Origin: Vicugna vicugna
Lineage: Eukaryota
Direction of reading: 5' to 3'
NCBI GenBank assembly: GCA_013265495.1
Contig: MU058037.1
Span: 1,427,498-1,491,497, forward strand
Length of the DNA: 64,000 nucleotides
The notes beneath the pieces are model-generated. The model made no database searches, was not told the DNA's origin, and was given only the letters and a program-made list of their open reading frames with translations. This document shows, piece after piece, positions 13,206 to 24,959 of this stretch; the stretch's first letter is position 1, and each line of letters begins with the position of its first letter. The position numbers were made by a program, and so were the translations under genes.

Positions 13206-14693
13206 TGCATCTCAACTAATTAATTTTCATATCTTCCGAGAGCTACATACTCCCCCATGTGGAGAGAGGTGAGATAGACACACCAACCAAATTCTGCACT
13301 GCGTAAGCAGGGCTTCTCATTCTGAATTATTGGGTACAACGGGGGAGACTATGGCTGACTGATCATTGCAAATCAAGTTAAATATTTCCTGAGGAAATGG
13401 GTATTGATGATGTTCCTCCTTTGAGGACGACTTTTATGGTGAGTACATTTTACTTCCATGGAGGCTCAGGAATTCCCATTCCCCATGTGGAATCTCATCC
13501 ATTATAAGGCACAATAAAATAAAGCTGAGAGATCAGAATGAGAGGGGGCAGATCATACCTTAGCTGTCCAACGCAAGACATGTCTCCTGCTGCTAAGATG
13601 GAGAGTCTCTGTGCAACAATCATATACCAAAAAAGAATCACCCATGTCCCGCTAGAGTCTTCTGATCTTCCCAGATGTCCGGGCAACTGCAGAGTACGAA
13701 GATTTGAGGGACCAGGCTCTCAAGATCACGCAGTTTTAGAGACAAGTGTGTTACCTACCTGGTATGCAGAGATCCCAACACCCTGACTTTTTTCTTCACT
13801 TCACTGCTTACCATTTTTAAAAAATCAGATGTATTTTGAAACATCTCAAGCATAAATTAGTCTTCAGCTTTTCTGTTTCGTAGAGACTGGTTTCCAAAAG
13901 TAGGGCTATCATTGCACACACACGACTGGCTGCAGATTCAGCAGTATCTGATGAGTTGAGGTTTTCTTGAAGGGGCACCCATCTGGCTGTGGGTCCCAGA
14001 CATCTCGCTGGGCTGTGATTTAGCCTGGTGATCTAAATCTAATGTAGACATACAGGGCAGCAAATATCAAACAGAACAAAATATGCCAGCAAATCATCTG
14101 TCAGCAGAACAGGTCCTCAGTAATAGGGCGTTGTGTTGCCTCAGGCCATTCCATTCCTTCCTAATTAGGGTTGTTGGCTAGGATTACAAAATTTACCTTC
14201 CTGTTGCCTTTGTTTATATATAAATGATCCATGTTCAGTTTCCAAATTTAATTCTGGTTTAATGTTATAAAAAAACTTTCTTCATCTTTTAATGCAGTCT
14301 CCTAGGTCAAATTTGCAGTACAGTACAGACCAGAGTTACTAGATAAATTCAGTGCATTTTCTGAGGTATTCACTTAACATGTATTTTATTTGGTTAAGGT
14401 GCAAATTCACGGTATGGGACTTAGCAAGTTTCATGTTCTATCATCCATCAGACAGTACATATAATACAGGCAAAGACATTTTATTTTCAATGAAGTTATA
14501 ATTATAAAAAATTGACACGTTTCATGCAAAATGGCTTTCTAAAAACTCATTCATCACATTGAAACAGCCTTATTTATATCACTCAATAACCAATTATTAT
14601 TCAGCTTTTTCATGAGGGAAGAAACAAGTTACAAGGAGTTGAAGGTTCATAACGAGAGGGAGGAAAAACTAGCAACCACACCAGTTCGAGCAA

Positions 14694-14994
14694 TTAAAAG
14701 CCAGCATAAGGTCCCATGGCGTTTTCAGTGAACATGTCGCAAATGGTCCAACTCGCAGTGACTCTGCTGACAGGTGACGATGGTTGAGGGCAAACCACTG
14801 TCCCTCTGCCCACCTCAGCTGGCTGTAAACTGCGGGCAGGCTCTGCCCTGAGTGCCGGAAGGAGCATAGCATCTTCATCCAGAAAATCCCCTTGTGTACC
14901 CCCACATCCGTTCCCCAGAATGAGAGTTTCCCGTGTTGTGCTTGAGGCCCGAGCGAAAGGAGGAGGCCCACAGGGTTCAGGACCACGAGGCACA
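14694..14994 (-). pseudogene. Possible terminal pseudo-exon (VPRGPEPCG…SWTICDMFTENAMGPYAGF*)
   Basis: Acceptor CTTTTCAAG; 99 open codons, CpG-rich; AATAAA about 210 nt downstream. Confidence 0.35.
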
Positions 14995-15954
14995 CTTGAA
15001 AAGCTCCCTTTGGAGGAGAAACCATTGGGAACAAGCCAGGCTCTCCAGAATCATTTCTACCACTCTCTTTTTATGATCTTTCCTTTTCGAGAGCACAGAT
15101 TGCAGAGTAATTAGCTTTGCTTCCAAGGTTACTTCCTGAGTAGCTGAATGACACAGGCGAAGTTTTAAAGTGAGGCCCAGGGCACCGGGGATGATAGTTA
15201 CCCAAATGAACCCCTCATTTTGAACTAGAGCAGTTAGAGGGTTAACATGATGCCTCCCGTTATAATTAGGTCCCTAGAAGGAGTGCACTGGCATGGCCGC
15301 ACCAGCCCGAGACACTCCCTCTCCTACCTTCTTGGGCTGACCTAGAACTAGGGTCCCCCCCTCGGAGATAAGGTGTGGAAAGGTTCAGGGGGCATGAAAA
15401 CAGAGCTCATTTGGATTCAAGGCCTACAGGTTGATCAATTAAAACTACTCCCTTTTGAAGGTACGTGGAATTATCCCATTGCTTTGCAATCTAGCTTGAA
15501 AGAGAAACTGTATTTAACTTGGTAATTGATACTCCCTTGGGATTTTAACCTGATGCTGAATATATGCATCAATGTGGTCCACAGCTAGTTCCTTGCCTCA
15601 CATCCCATTAATGAAATTTCTGTTCTTCTCCAAAGGAGATGATATATTGTCCTAACATTCAGACACGATCATGTATTCAGTCAACAAGCCAGGCACAGAG
15701 CTACCAATCAGGGTAACGCGACCTGCCAGCATGTTGCTGGGTGAAGAAAACCTTTAGAGCTCATACACTGAGTTCATTTTTTCTCCAAGCAAATGACCAA
15801 ACCGGCTCAGATCCCACACAGAAGGCAAATCATACTGTCAAAAAAATATATGTGCTGATTATAAAAAAGAGGATTCAGCTATAAAATAAGATTACAGCCT
15901 TAACACCACCATCATCTAAAGGTGTTCTTCAGAGAAAGAAAAACAACCTCAATT

Positions 15955-16407
15955 AAGCAATCATTTTCAGATTCTGGGATGCACTTGTCCTCATAGCCCT
16001 CAACCATATGCTTGTTTATTAAAGGAGAAAATAACTCCCATAACATTTGACTTAGGTGCAAAATAATTCAGTGCCACCCTCGACGAGGACAGACCGCACT
16101 ATCAGATAACAAGTCTCTTTTTTACGACTGGCTGTTGCCCTGGTTCAGTGAGGATATATTCAAGATGGGATTCCAGAGGGAAAGGGGATTCTCCCCTTGG
16201 GCTTCAGATGCCTGCCGATGAGCTGCAAGGCAAAAGCCGGTCTGTACTCTGAAGTCAAATATTCAAATCTGATCGAGTTGGGTGGAGCAACAGGGAGGGG
16301 AGGAGCAGGAAGGATTGACCCCAGTGTGCAGGCAATTCTTGACAAATAGAATGACGGCTCTAGGCTTCTCTGCACACTCTTCCTGCTCCTTAATATTGCT
16401 CACGAAT
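15955..16407 (-). pseudogene. Pseudo-exon with C-terminal conserved domain (PLPVAPPNSIRFEYLTSEYRPAFALQLIGRHLKPKGRIPFPSGIPS*IY…KETCYLIVRSVLVEGGTELFCT*VKC…)
   Basis: Acceptor CTGCACCTTAG; single frame for about 150 codons with scattered stops; local CpG retention. Confidence 0.55.
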
Positions 16408-17183
16408 CTAAGGTGCAGTAGACAAGACGGGGTCCTGGAGGAATTTCTGTTCAAGAAGCATTTTGGAATGCACCAGTGTTCAATCTGCCCACCCACACAA
16501 GCCACTCTGCCTTATAGCTAATGGTAGGCTTTGGGCCAAAAAACCCCCCAAAAAACAAAAAACGACCAAAACAAAAACAGGGAAGGTTTTGAGGTTTATT
16601 TATAGCTTTGTTTTGCTTTGTTTTATACTGTGTCTCCTGGCTCCAGCCACACACAGAAAGATTCTTGGGCCGAGGCAATTCTCACCCTCCCTCACCCACT
16701 TTCAGGGGGCTGGACACCCACCAGGGCATGGACATTTCTGCTCAGTATTGGAAATCAGACCGTTGCCTAGTGTTCTAAAATCATCTGGGTGAATCCAACT
16801 TTATTATAATTCCTTTAAAATGGCATGTTGCATTTGTTTAAATTTGCAGGCAAGGAAACAGGCACAGTTGTCTCTAGTGATTAATAATAATTGTGCATAA
16901 ACCAAGATTCCTTAAACACCTAAAAAAAAAACCCACCCCAAACTTATTATTTTCCAAATCTTGACGTCATTGCCAGGCATCATGGTTGTGATGATGACGG
17001 CTAAGGATAGGGAGGGTGGCAAACACACACACACACACAAACAGGGTGGGGAATTCGGAAGGAGGAAAGAGCCGGAGAGATGTCCTTTAAGGAGAGACCC
17101 ACTGGGTTCCAAACTCTGTAGTTAGATCCTCGTTGACTGTTGGGACTTCACCCCATAGACTCAACATCTAGACCCCACTTTCC

Positions 17184-17416
17184 TCATTGCTTGGTTATTT
17201 CCCTAGACTTCTCCCAATGTATTTTCTTCACCAGTTTGGGAAAGGAAGTCCCTTCTCTGTGTGGCTCTGGAATCTTCCCATCTGGATAGCTGGACTCTGG
17301 CTGCAGATTCTCTACCAAAATGACTGCGGCATTAATCTCCTTGGAGAGCAGACTTCCACCCAAGGCTTTACCAATATCTGCCACCCTGGAGTCCTTCATT
17401 CCATTTGGCCCTGGAT
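17184..17416 (-). pseudogene. Pseudo-exon (DPGPNGMKDSRVADIGKALGGSLLSKEINAAVILVENLQPESSYPDGKIPE…)
   Basis: Acceptor TTATTGTTTAG; 77 open codons, protein-like composition. Confidence 0.45.
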
Positions 17417-18813
17417 CTAAACAATAATGCCTATTGCTGGCTGGAAAATAAACCGTGGGAATTGGCATGTTTGTCAATGAGAGGTCATCAGGAACAGCAC
17501 AGGCAATGGCCCACTTTATCCCCAGACCTTTCGTTTAGAGGCCGAATGGAGGCAATGATCTCTAACAGATGCACCATTAGGCAAGACCTACATCTGAAAG
17601 CTTTGTTGATTCAGACATTCAGTAATTAAGTTGTGGGCCAGCGAGCACATTATCTGCAATCAAACATGTCCCCGATCACCGATTAGACGGGCAAACATGT
17701 GACCTCATTGTCTCCGCCAAAGGATGATTATGTAACAGTCTCTCGTCCTCGGACAGCATGGTGATTTGCCAACTTTTGATCCCAGTAAATAAGCTGAAAT
17801 CACTTGCTGTGGTTCTGGGAATCAGATTTTTAGAACAACTGACTGTTCCTCTGGAGGCTCAGTGCATTCAACCTGATTATTGCCGTACTGGGAATTCTAG
17901 TGACCCAGACCCAAGGTCAGTGGGTCCAAGAGAGGAGGGAGCAGTGAAGAATGGCTCAGGGGTGGCCTGGTGTCATATGAATGTACCCAAGGAGGAAATG
18001 AGAGAGGGAGAAGGGAGGAAGGGAGATAAGGAGAGAGTGCCTTTGCTCTAGAGCCGAGGTCACCAAAGAAAATTCCATGGCTTCTCTGCAGTCTGGCTGA
18101 GCAGGGGAAGCCTATCTGTTTTCATGCACAATCGAACACTCATCATCTATTTTCTTCTGAAGGGTAAGGAGGATGTGCTAGAGAGCTTCCAAGAGCATGT
18201 GGCAAAGCCAAGCGAGGACTAAAAGATAATCTGGCTTGGGGTGACCTGAGACCTCTAAATGTCACATAGTCTCGAACACACATGTGACCTGGAATTGCCT
18301 TGGGGTGACTCAGGCACCAGCCCTTTCTTAATCCCTTATTTGCTCTCCTTACTCCAGTGAGATTAACACAGCCCCAGCCCCGTGGGGCAGCTTTGAGCCG
18401 CCCTCCCTTTTGCTTTTCGCTTTCAGGGGCCAGCACCATGGTTCTGCACGGTTAAGAGCTTGGTTCCTGGACTCAGACAGATCTGCATTTAAACTCTGGA
18501 TGTTCCCTTAGAAAGAGTAACAATCACTTAAAAATCTGCATGTTTTCAAAACTAAACCTACAGCCAAATACGCGATGAACCTCGATCCAGTACAGGGCCA
18601 GACACTGCTACAGGAAACAATACTGCATTCAGTGTCCATTCACTCACACACTTTCAAAGTACAGTTTTGATGAGTATGTTTGAGGGCCACACTGCGGGCT
18701 GTATTTGATGAGTATATGGAGAGGGTAAATTATAGAGAAAAATTACCAATAATAATTTAAAATGAATCTATGTATCTCATGATTTAAGTCATGCTTCAAA
18801 TCACTGTGATTTA

Positions 18814-18948
18814 TTTTTTTTAAATTTTTTTGGGGGGAAGAGGTAATTAGGTTTTTATTTTTTATTTTTTAGTGGAGGTGCTGGAGATTGAACCTAGAAC
18901 CTTGTGCATGCAAGGCAGTCAGTCTACCACTAGGCTATACCCTCCCCA
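18814..18948 (-). mobile_element. Camelid tRNA-derived SINE (Vic-1 type)
   Basis: Reverse complement GGGGAGGGTATAGCCTAGTGGTAGA…GGTTCAATC (Pol III A/B boxes), AAACCTAATTACCTC tail, poly-A; flanking GTGATTTA duplication. Confidence 0.85.
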
Positions 18949-19029
18949 CCATCGTGATTTAATTTAAATCCCCCACAATCCAGATTCTTCCAAGGTACTA
19001 AGCACATCAATAAGGATTTTTTTTCTTTT

Positions 19030-19490
19030 AGGTTTGCTTCTGTCTTCATTTCTTTCCCCAGCAGCAGACTCTGAGACAAGGATTTAAGTAAAGGTAGCTT
19101 GTCTCGGCAGGGAAGGAAACACCAGCAGGGGCTGGGCAGATGAGATAAGGCAGGGGAGGCAGTTGAAGAGGGAGGCTGTGAAGTCACTTATAACTATGAG
19201 TAACTGGAGCTTAATCCTGCAGGGGAAGCTCTGGGAGTCTGAAGAGAACATGCACCCCAGTGTGATCCCAGCTTGAGCGAGGGAGTCAGGGTATTTATGC
19301 ACTAGCTCGCATCCATCACTGACGGCGGGCTGCCTACTGCACCAGCAGGCAAAGTGCACATTGCCGGTCAGGGAAAGAGCCCCACAAAGGAATGTGGTGT
19401 GTGGCAGGCTGGAAACTGGGTAATGTGCTGAAATGTGGGAGCCAAGAGGATATTGGTGAGGCAAAGGGCCTATTATGGCTTCTATGTACA
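19030..19490 (-). mobile_element. LTR16-like ERVL LTR
   Basis: AGCAGACTCTGAGACAAGGATTT…AACTGGAGCTTAATCCTGCAGGGGAAGCTCTGGGAG…GGGTATTTAT. Confidence 0.7.
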
Positions 19491-20001
19491 AATGGCAAAA
19501 AAATTAAATAAAATTCTTATTGTAGAACACAGACACATTTTCTGCTGAAGATGTGCCTGGCTAAATATACATCATTACTTTAATTCAGGAAGTGAAGCAT
19601 TCCTGGCATTTTCCTGCTACAAATGAGGGGTAGAATATCTGCTGGATAGGGAAGTGGCATCTTTGTTTTTTCGAAAAGGATAACCATTTTGAAACAATAT
19701 TGATGATGAAAATACATTAAGAACTAGAAATTCTACAGGACATCCTAAGTCAACGTCACGAATAACCCCACCCCCACATATTTTCCAAACTACATTTTCA
19801 TCATAATGATATAGAGATAAAGCCAGAGGGACATCTATCTAGAGATAAATATCGATCTATATAAATATATAAATAAAGATAATATTACACGATGGATGAT
19901 ACTTGGATCTCCATATACAATTAACATACCAGATTACTAACACTGAGGGCTTGTTTTTATTTTTAAAATAGATGTGTCCCTAGAAAAACAGTTGATCAGA
20001 C

Positions 20002-20200
20002 CCAGATTTCTCTTTTCTGTAAAAGTAGCATGTTTTCATCTATTAGGATTTTTTGAAAGCTCCAATATAATATCCTCATGGTTAAACCCCATGGCCCCAA
20101 AGCACCCTAGACTGTCAGTCTTGTTTATGTAAGCCGCTGCAAAGCTGTACACGACTTGGGGCTTAAGTATCAGTTCAATAAGAAAGCGTCCTTGAATAAA
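20002..20200 (-). pseudogene. Pseudo-exon (FIQGRFLIELILKPQVVYSFAAAYINKTDSLGCFGAMGFNHEDIILEL / QKILIDENMLLLQKREIW)
   Basis: Very strong acceptor TCTCTTTTGCTCTTTTTATCAG; one apparent frameshift in an A-run. Confidence 0.5.
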
Positions 20201-20519
20201 CTGATAAAAAGAGCAAAAGAGAAAGAGGACTTGAACATAATGTGTAATCGATATCAATGATTTGGTAGCCTGCTAGGCTCTGCAGTAAAAATGGCAAATG
20301 AGGTAATAGCATCAAGAAGGAACAGGAAATGAAAGCACCAGCAATGGAAATGTGGTTGAGTACATCGTTCTGTGATGTCCTGAGATGCCCTAAGGCTCTA
20401 GAGTGGCAACCAAGTCTCTTCGCTTGAGTGGCTTCCCTGCTGCCGTGATTTGGGGATGATGGGAGCACAGAAAAGGGCACAGGCCATTTCACCACAGTAA
20501 AGTGTAAAAATGTCTTCAA

Positions 20520-20957
20520 AGTGACAGAGTGCTAGATGCCCACCGATACTCATTCTCCCTCCTCTTCCTCAGTAATCAAGCCTCTAAATTGTAAGTGGCT
20601 GCACAGCCCCTACTCTTGCAGCCTCAGCCTACAGTGGCCCTATGACTGAATTCTGGCTAAGGGTCATTAGGCAAAAGCAGTGTTTATAATTCATGGTAAG
20701 TGTCCCTGAAGAGAAGTCAGTTACTTTTTTCCTTCCACTTTTCCTTTTTGCTTCTAGCTCCAATGCAGATGTAATGGTTGGAGTAGCAGCGGCCGTCTTG
20801 GACCATGAGGTAAAAGCTGTGTGTTGTTAGGCACCTCAGTCCATAGAGCCCCCATAGTAGGCTTCAGCTGCCTACATTTCTGAGGGAAGAACACCACACT
20901 ACTTCCTTGTTCTTCGTGCTTTTGTTACTCACAGTTGAACTTTGTTTCAACTAATAG
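20520..20957 (+). mobile_element. MLT1J/I-like LTR
   Basis: ATGACTGAATTCTGGC…GCAGCGGCCGTCTTGGACCATGAGG…TTGTTACTCACAG…AACTAATA. Confidence 0.65.
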
Positions 20958-21271
20958 CTATTCTTCCAGGGACATGGATATGGGATCCTGTGAGTTATCT
21001 GCTGGAAGAGATTTTCCTTTCTGACCAGCAACTGTATCCAGTTCTTATTTTTAGAGTTAGGTGCAGTTATTCAGAGTCTCTCCTTGCCTCCACGCACAGA
21101 AAGGATGGAGCCTTGCCTCCTCGGAGAGCTAGAGCACTGGCACGTGCATGGAGGCAGGCCACGGGAGTAGGGAAAAAGGAGCAGTCAACAGTTTAGAATT
21201 TATTTAGAATTCATTCCAGATTGATGGAGGTGGCCTGCCCAGTCTAATGGTAGCAATGCCTGAGGCAAGGC

Positions 21272-21504
21272 TCAGTACTGGGCAGAGGTACACCGGTGTT
21301 CTAACTCAACTTTTCTATGGCATGTTTTCCTGTCATACTCGCCTCTTTCTCTCACTGTCTTTCCAAGCCTGTTTCTCCAGCACTCCCGCTGAAAATGTGA
21401 ATTATCCAATATCCTTCCAGTGATGAGTCCATCTCTACTGCTTATGATCATAAACCTTGACTCACACAGAAATGGATATCTGAGCGTGTGTTTCAACAAA
21501 TAGC
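21272..21504 (-). pseudogene. Possible frameshifted pseudo-exon (LFVETHAQISISV*VKVYDHKQ… / …ECWRNRLGKTVRERGEYDRK…)
   Basis: Acceptor CCCCATTTCCTAAG; overlaps the 75-codon minus-strand ORF. Confidence 0.3.
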
Positions 21505-22119
21505 CTTAGGAAATGGGGATTATCTAAAATGAGTTACTTATCCTAGTTGGGTCTGAAGGCAGTATTAAGGGGTGGGCCTGTGGCAGCCACTGGCAAACCA
21601 GCAAATTAATCATTTAGGGTCATGGTAACCTGAAATAACATACTCATGGAGGACTTGCTCCCCCTTGGACTGCCACATCTCCGCTGGCAGCGTCGAGAGT
21701 AAAAGCCTCACTCTTGAGGTGGAATCATTTCTCTCCTGACAGAGAACAGGCAAGCAGCTCTAGGCCCCCATCTCTCCCACCCTCCCGTAACACACACCCC
21801 TTCACCATCATCTGCCTAAGACCACCAGGACTAAACACATCGCATCCTAAATCCCTCCATTCTTCACAAGAAGCCCAGACCACCACATCACACTCATTTT
21901 CTGGGCTCCAATCCTGCCTGGCTCTGCATATCCCCTATTCACATCCCATCCTCCAGCTTCCCCCAACTCCTTTGAGGTGCCCTCTGTAACCCACAGTTGA
22001 TAATCCACAGGACCCCCTGTCTTCAGTCTCTTTTCTGATGACCCCTGAGGACAGGGTCCCCTACTATCGGGCATGTGCTACCAGCAAGCTTTTGCTTTCA
22101 ACAAAGTGGAAAAACCTAT

Positions 22120-22600
22120 GAGCTGGGAGCTGACACATCACTAAAAATAATTTTTGTTGATAGATCACCATGTAACATTCAGCACATACTTGGAAAGAGT
22201 TCCACAAATTGAGTGACATTGGTATAGCAAAATCCCTTCATTCCTGTATACTTATTTATGGGAGCAAGACTTCAGAACTCACATCTACAACAGTGAAAAA
22301 ATAGGAATACCTTGTTGAATTGTTGCTGAACCCTGCCTCAGTCTAGCAGTAAGTCACATTCATCCATGGATATATGAACTCGTTTTTTTAAAATCAGCTA
22401 CTTCCATATTACTAAGAAATTCCATTTCAATTTAACTTTGTTTCCATGTTTTATGATTATCAACATTTATATTTCTGTTGTCTTGGTAAATTGTTTTGGT
22501 CAATTATTACAAATAATAATTGCAATAATAATTGAGAATATTTTTAACACTTAGAAATTAAAATTTAAAATTCCAGTTGAGATTATATATATATGTGTGC
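22120..22600 (+). mobile_element. hAT-Charlie transposase 3' relic
   Basis: Degenerate hAT dimerisation-domain sequence (CCTTCATTCC…TACTTATTTATGGGAGCAAGACTTC, similar to LPF.TYLCE.GFS). Confidence 0.55.
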
Positions 22601-22639
22601 ATATATACACACACATACATATAAGCACAAAAATTTGAG

Positions 22640-23113
22640 GAAATAATTCTTCCATATTTCAAAACTTATCTAATTCAGTAAAGCAGTCATTGTCACTGAT
22701 GAACGAAAGACGTTCCATTATATATCTTCATTTTTTTACTTTCATCTTACTTATTAATGCAAGCAGAATTATCAGTCAATATCCATGTAAGAACTACACT
22801 CATTAGTTAATGACTCAAGCAACTTCCTGACTGAATTGGATAGTACCCAAGCCTTTATTTGTACTCTGGTTTTGTCAAATCATGGTTGAAATGTGACCAC
22901 AGGTTAGTAAAACAAACAATAAACAACAACACAACCTCCTCTCAAAAAACCCAACCTTTGAAAAAATTCAATTGCCTATGTAGAATTTATAATCAAGAGC
23001 ATCATCTATTTTATTATTATTTGTAAAGTATGTGCTAAACTTCCTTTATGTAAGTGAAATTTGTAATGAATTTTTTTTCAGAGAGCTGGTTAAACCCTAC
23101 CAGCATACTACTG
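22640..23113. mobile_element. MER63-like (hAT-Blackjack)
   Basis: Terminus GAGAGCTGGTTAAAC…TACCAGCATACTACTG. Confidence 0.6.
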
Positions 23114-23514
23114 CCGCCAGCCCAGGTGGGGCTGAAGATAATGGGGCCATGAAGGAGTGATGGAGGAAGTCGTAAATACCTCATGGTACGGGGCAGAAAC
23201 AAGGACCATAGCCTCTACCCAGATTCTCTTCCTCACTGTGCCGTGTATTTACACATTCTAAGTGATTGTCCTTTCTTTCCTTTTCCTTTACTTCACTATT
23301 GCACACAGAGTGTGCTGGTGGTTGAGAAGGGATTATGACACATAGGTATCCCTCAGATGACCTGGGTGAGGGCTAGAAGAAGTAATTGATGAATTAGGTT
23401 TGTAGGGGTTTTTTTGGAAATAGAGTAGGTTGCATTATTTGAAGTGGAAGCATTTAAAGACTCTCAAGAAGATGAGTCTTCTGGAGTACTGGACGGCCAG
23501 AGGGGTGGAGAGCT

Positions 23515-24000
23515 CTGTCCACCATGCATACTTTTCTCTGGGGAATTGGCCCACGGTTTAATCTTGGAGGGAAGAATAGTCATGCCTCCTACTGAGGAGA
23601 CTAAAATATGTGCTTTTCCTGACCCTTGATGGCTGGAAACTTTTTTGCGTGTTATCTAAGCTGAGAAAAATTCAATCATTCCACTTGGGGTTTTGGATCT
23701 GGAGATAACAGGCAACAGTTTAGAACTCTGCAGCTGTAGCCACAGTAGCCAGCCTCCAGAGCGACAGTCAGCGGGGTGTGGGGCAACACTGGCGGTTCAG
23801 AGGTGGCTCCTTTACTGACTCTTCCTATGATGTAATTTTAGTAGTGGATCCAACTGCTTGGCTCCCTTTGTTTAACTGCGCATTTTCAGAGCCAATTCTC
23901 TAGACCTTCCTGTTAATTCTGTGAGCTAGTCAATAAATTTTTGCAGTAAATGCATTTTCTGCTTAAGGTAGGTAGAGTTGGTTTCTATTGTTGGAGTTCA
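23515..24000 (+). mobile_element. LTR33-like ERVL LTR
   Basis: …CTGTGAGCTA…AATAAAT…TTCTGCTTAAGGTAGGTAGAGTTGGTTTCTATTGTT 3' end. Confidence 0.55.
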
Positions 24001-24149
24001 TAAAAAATGCCCAGAAGGAAGCCTTTTAAAGGATCATGCCACGATTCTAAAATGCAGGCATTTCATAGTGAGATCTCTGGTTAGAAATCTGTTGCTGGGA
24101 AATTGAGAAGAGCATACAGGCTATGGATGTGCCTGGTTGTTTAGCCTAA

Positions 24150-24560
24150 CACCCATGGGAAACAACGAAGATAAATGGCTCAAAAGTCCTGACTGTTCTC
24201 ATAGGTCTGTTATAGGAGAAAACTGTCTTGATGATAGTTAAACCTTTTTTCCAAATATGCATTTTGTCTTGAACTTTTTTTTGCAAAAGTCATAGCTCTG
24301 TGTCATCTTTTAACAACATGGCTGGCCAGGCATAATTATTTCTGACGTCTATCAGCATTTCCCTTTATTGTGTTTAAGAACTTTGTAGAAAGGAACATCA
24401 TCTAATTTGTCACCATCACAACTCATCTTTGGCAAGTCAACTGTCAGGCTAAATATTCCAGGAGTAAACTCACCACCAAAACTTGCCAGGTTTCTCATCT
24501 CTCAACTTGTGGTTCGTGTTAAACAATTTTAGCGACATTGACTCTGATTGTCAGCTGGCC
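24150..24560 (-). pseudogene. Frameshifted pseudo-exon (…FSLTVDLPKMSCDGDKLDDVPFYKVLKHNK / ADRRQK*LCLASHVVKR*HRAMTF…)
   Basis: Protein-like frames in unique sequence; 5' side abuts an MLT1 LTR. Confidence 0.35.
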
Positions 24561-24564
24561 TGAA

Positions 24565-24934
24565 TTCTTTCCAGGAGCCTCTGGAGAAGAATCTACTTCC
24601 AGTAGTATTCAGGTTGTTGGAAGCATCCAGTTTCTTGCAGTTACAGGGTTGAGGCCCCTATATCCTTGCTGGCAGTCACCCAGCAACCTCTCTTATTGTT
24701 TATTCCAGTGACGGTGCAGCATCTTTTTTGTCTCCGGCCAGAAAAAGCTTCTCTGCTTTTAAGGACTCATGTGATTTGATTGGACCTATCCAGGTAGTCC
24801 AGGATCATCTCCCTGTTTTAAAGACTATAGCCTTCATGGCATCCGCAGAGCCCCTTTGGCCATATAAGATAACATACTCACAGGTTCCAGGGATTGGGAC
24901 ATGGAAATCTTTGGGGGGACATTCTGCTTATCAC
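24565..24934 (-). mobile_element. MLT1D-like LTR (partial)
   Basis: TTTAAGGACTCATGTGATT…ACTCACAGGTTCCAGGGATTGGGACATGG…ATTCTGCTTATCACA. Confidence 0.85.
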
Positions 24935-24959
24935 AGCAATCCCCTGTCAGTCTTGGCCA

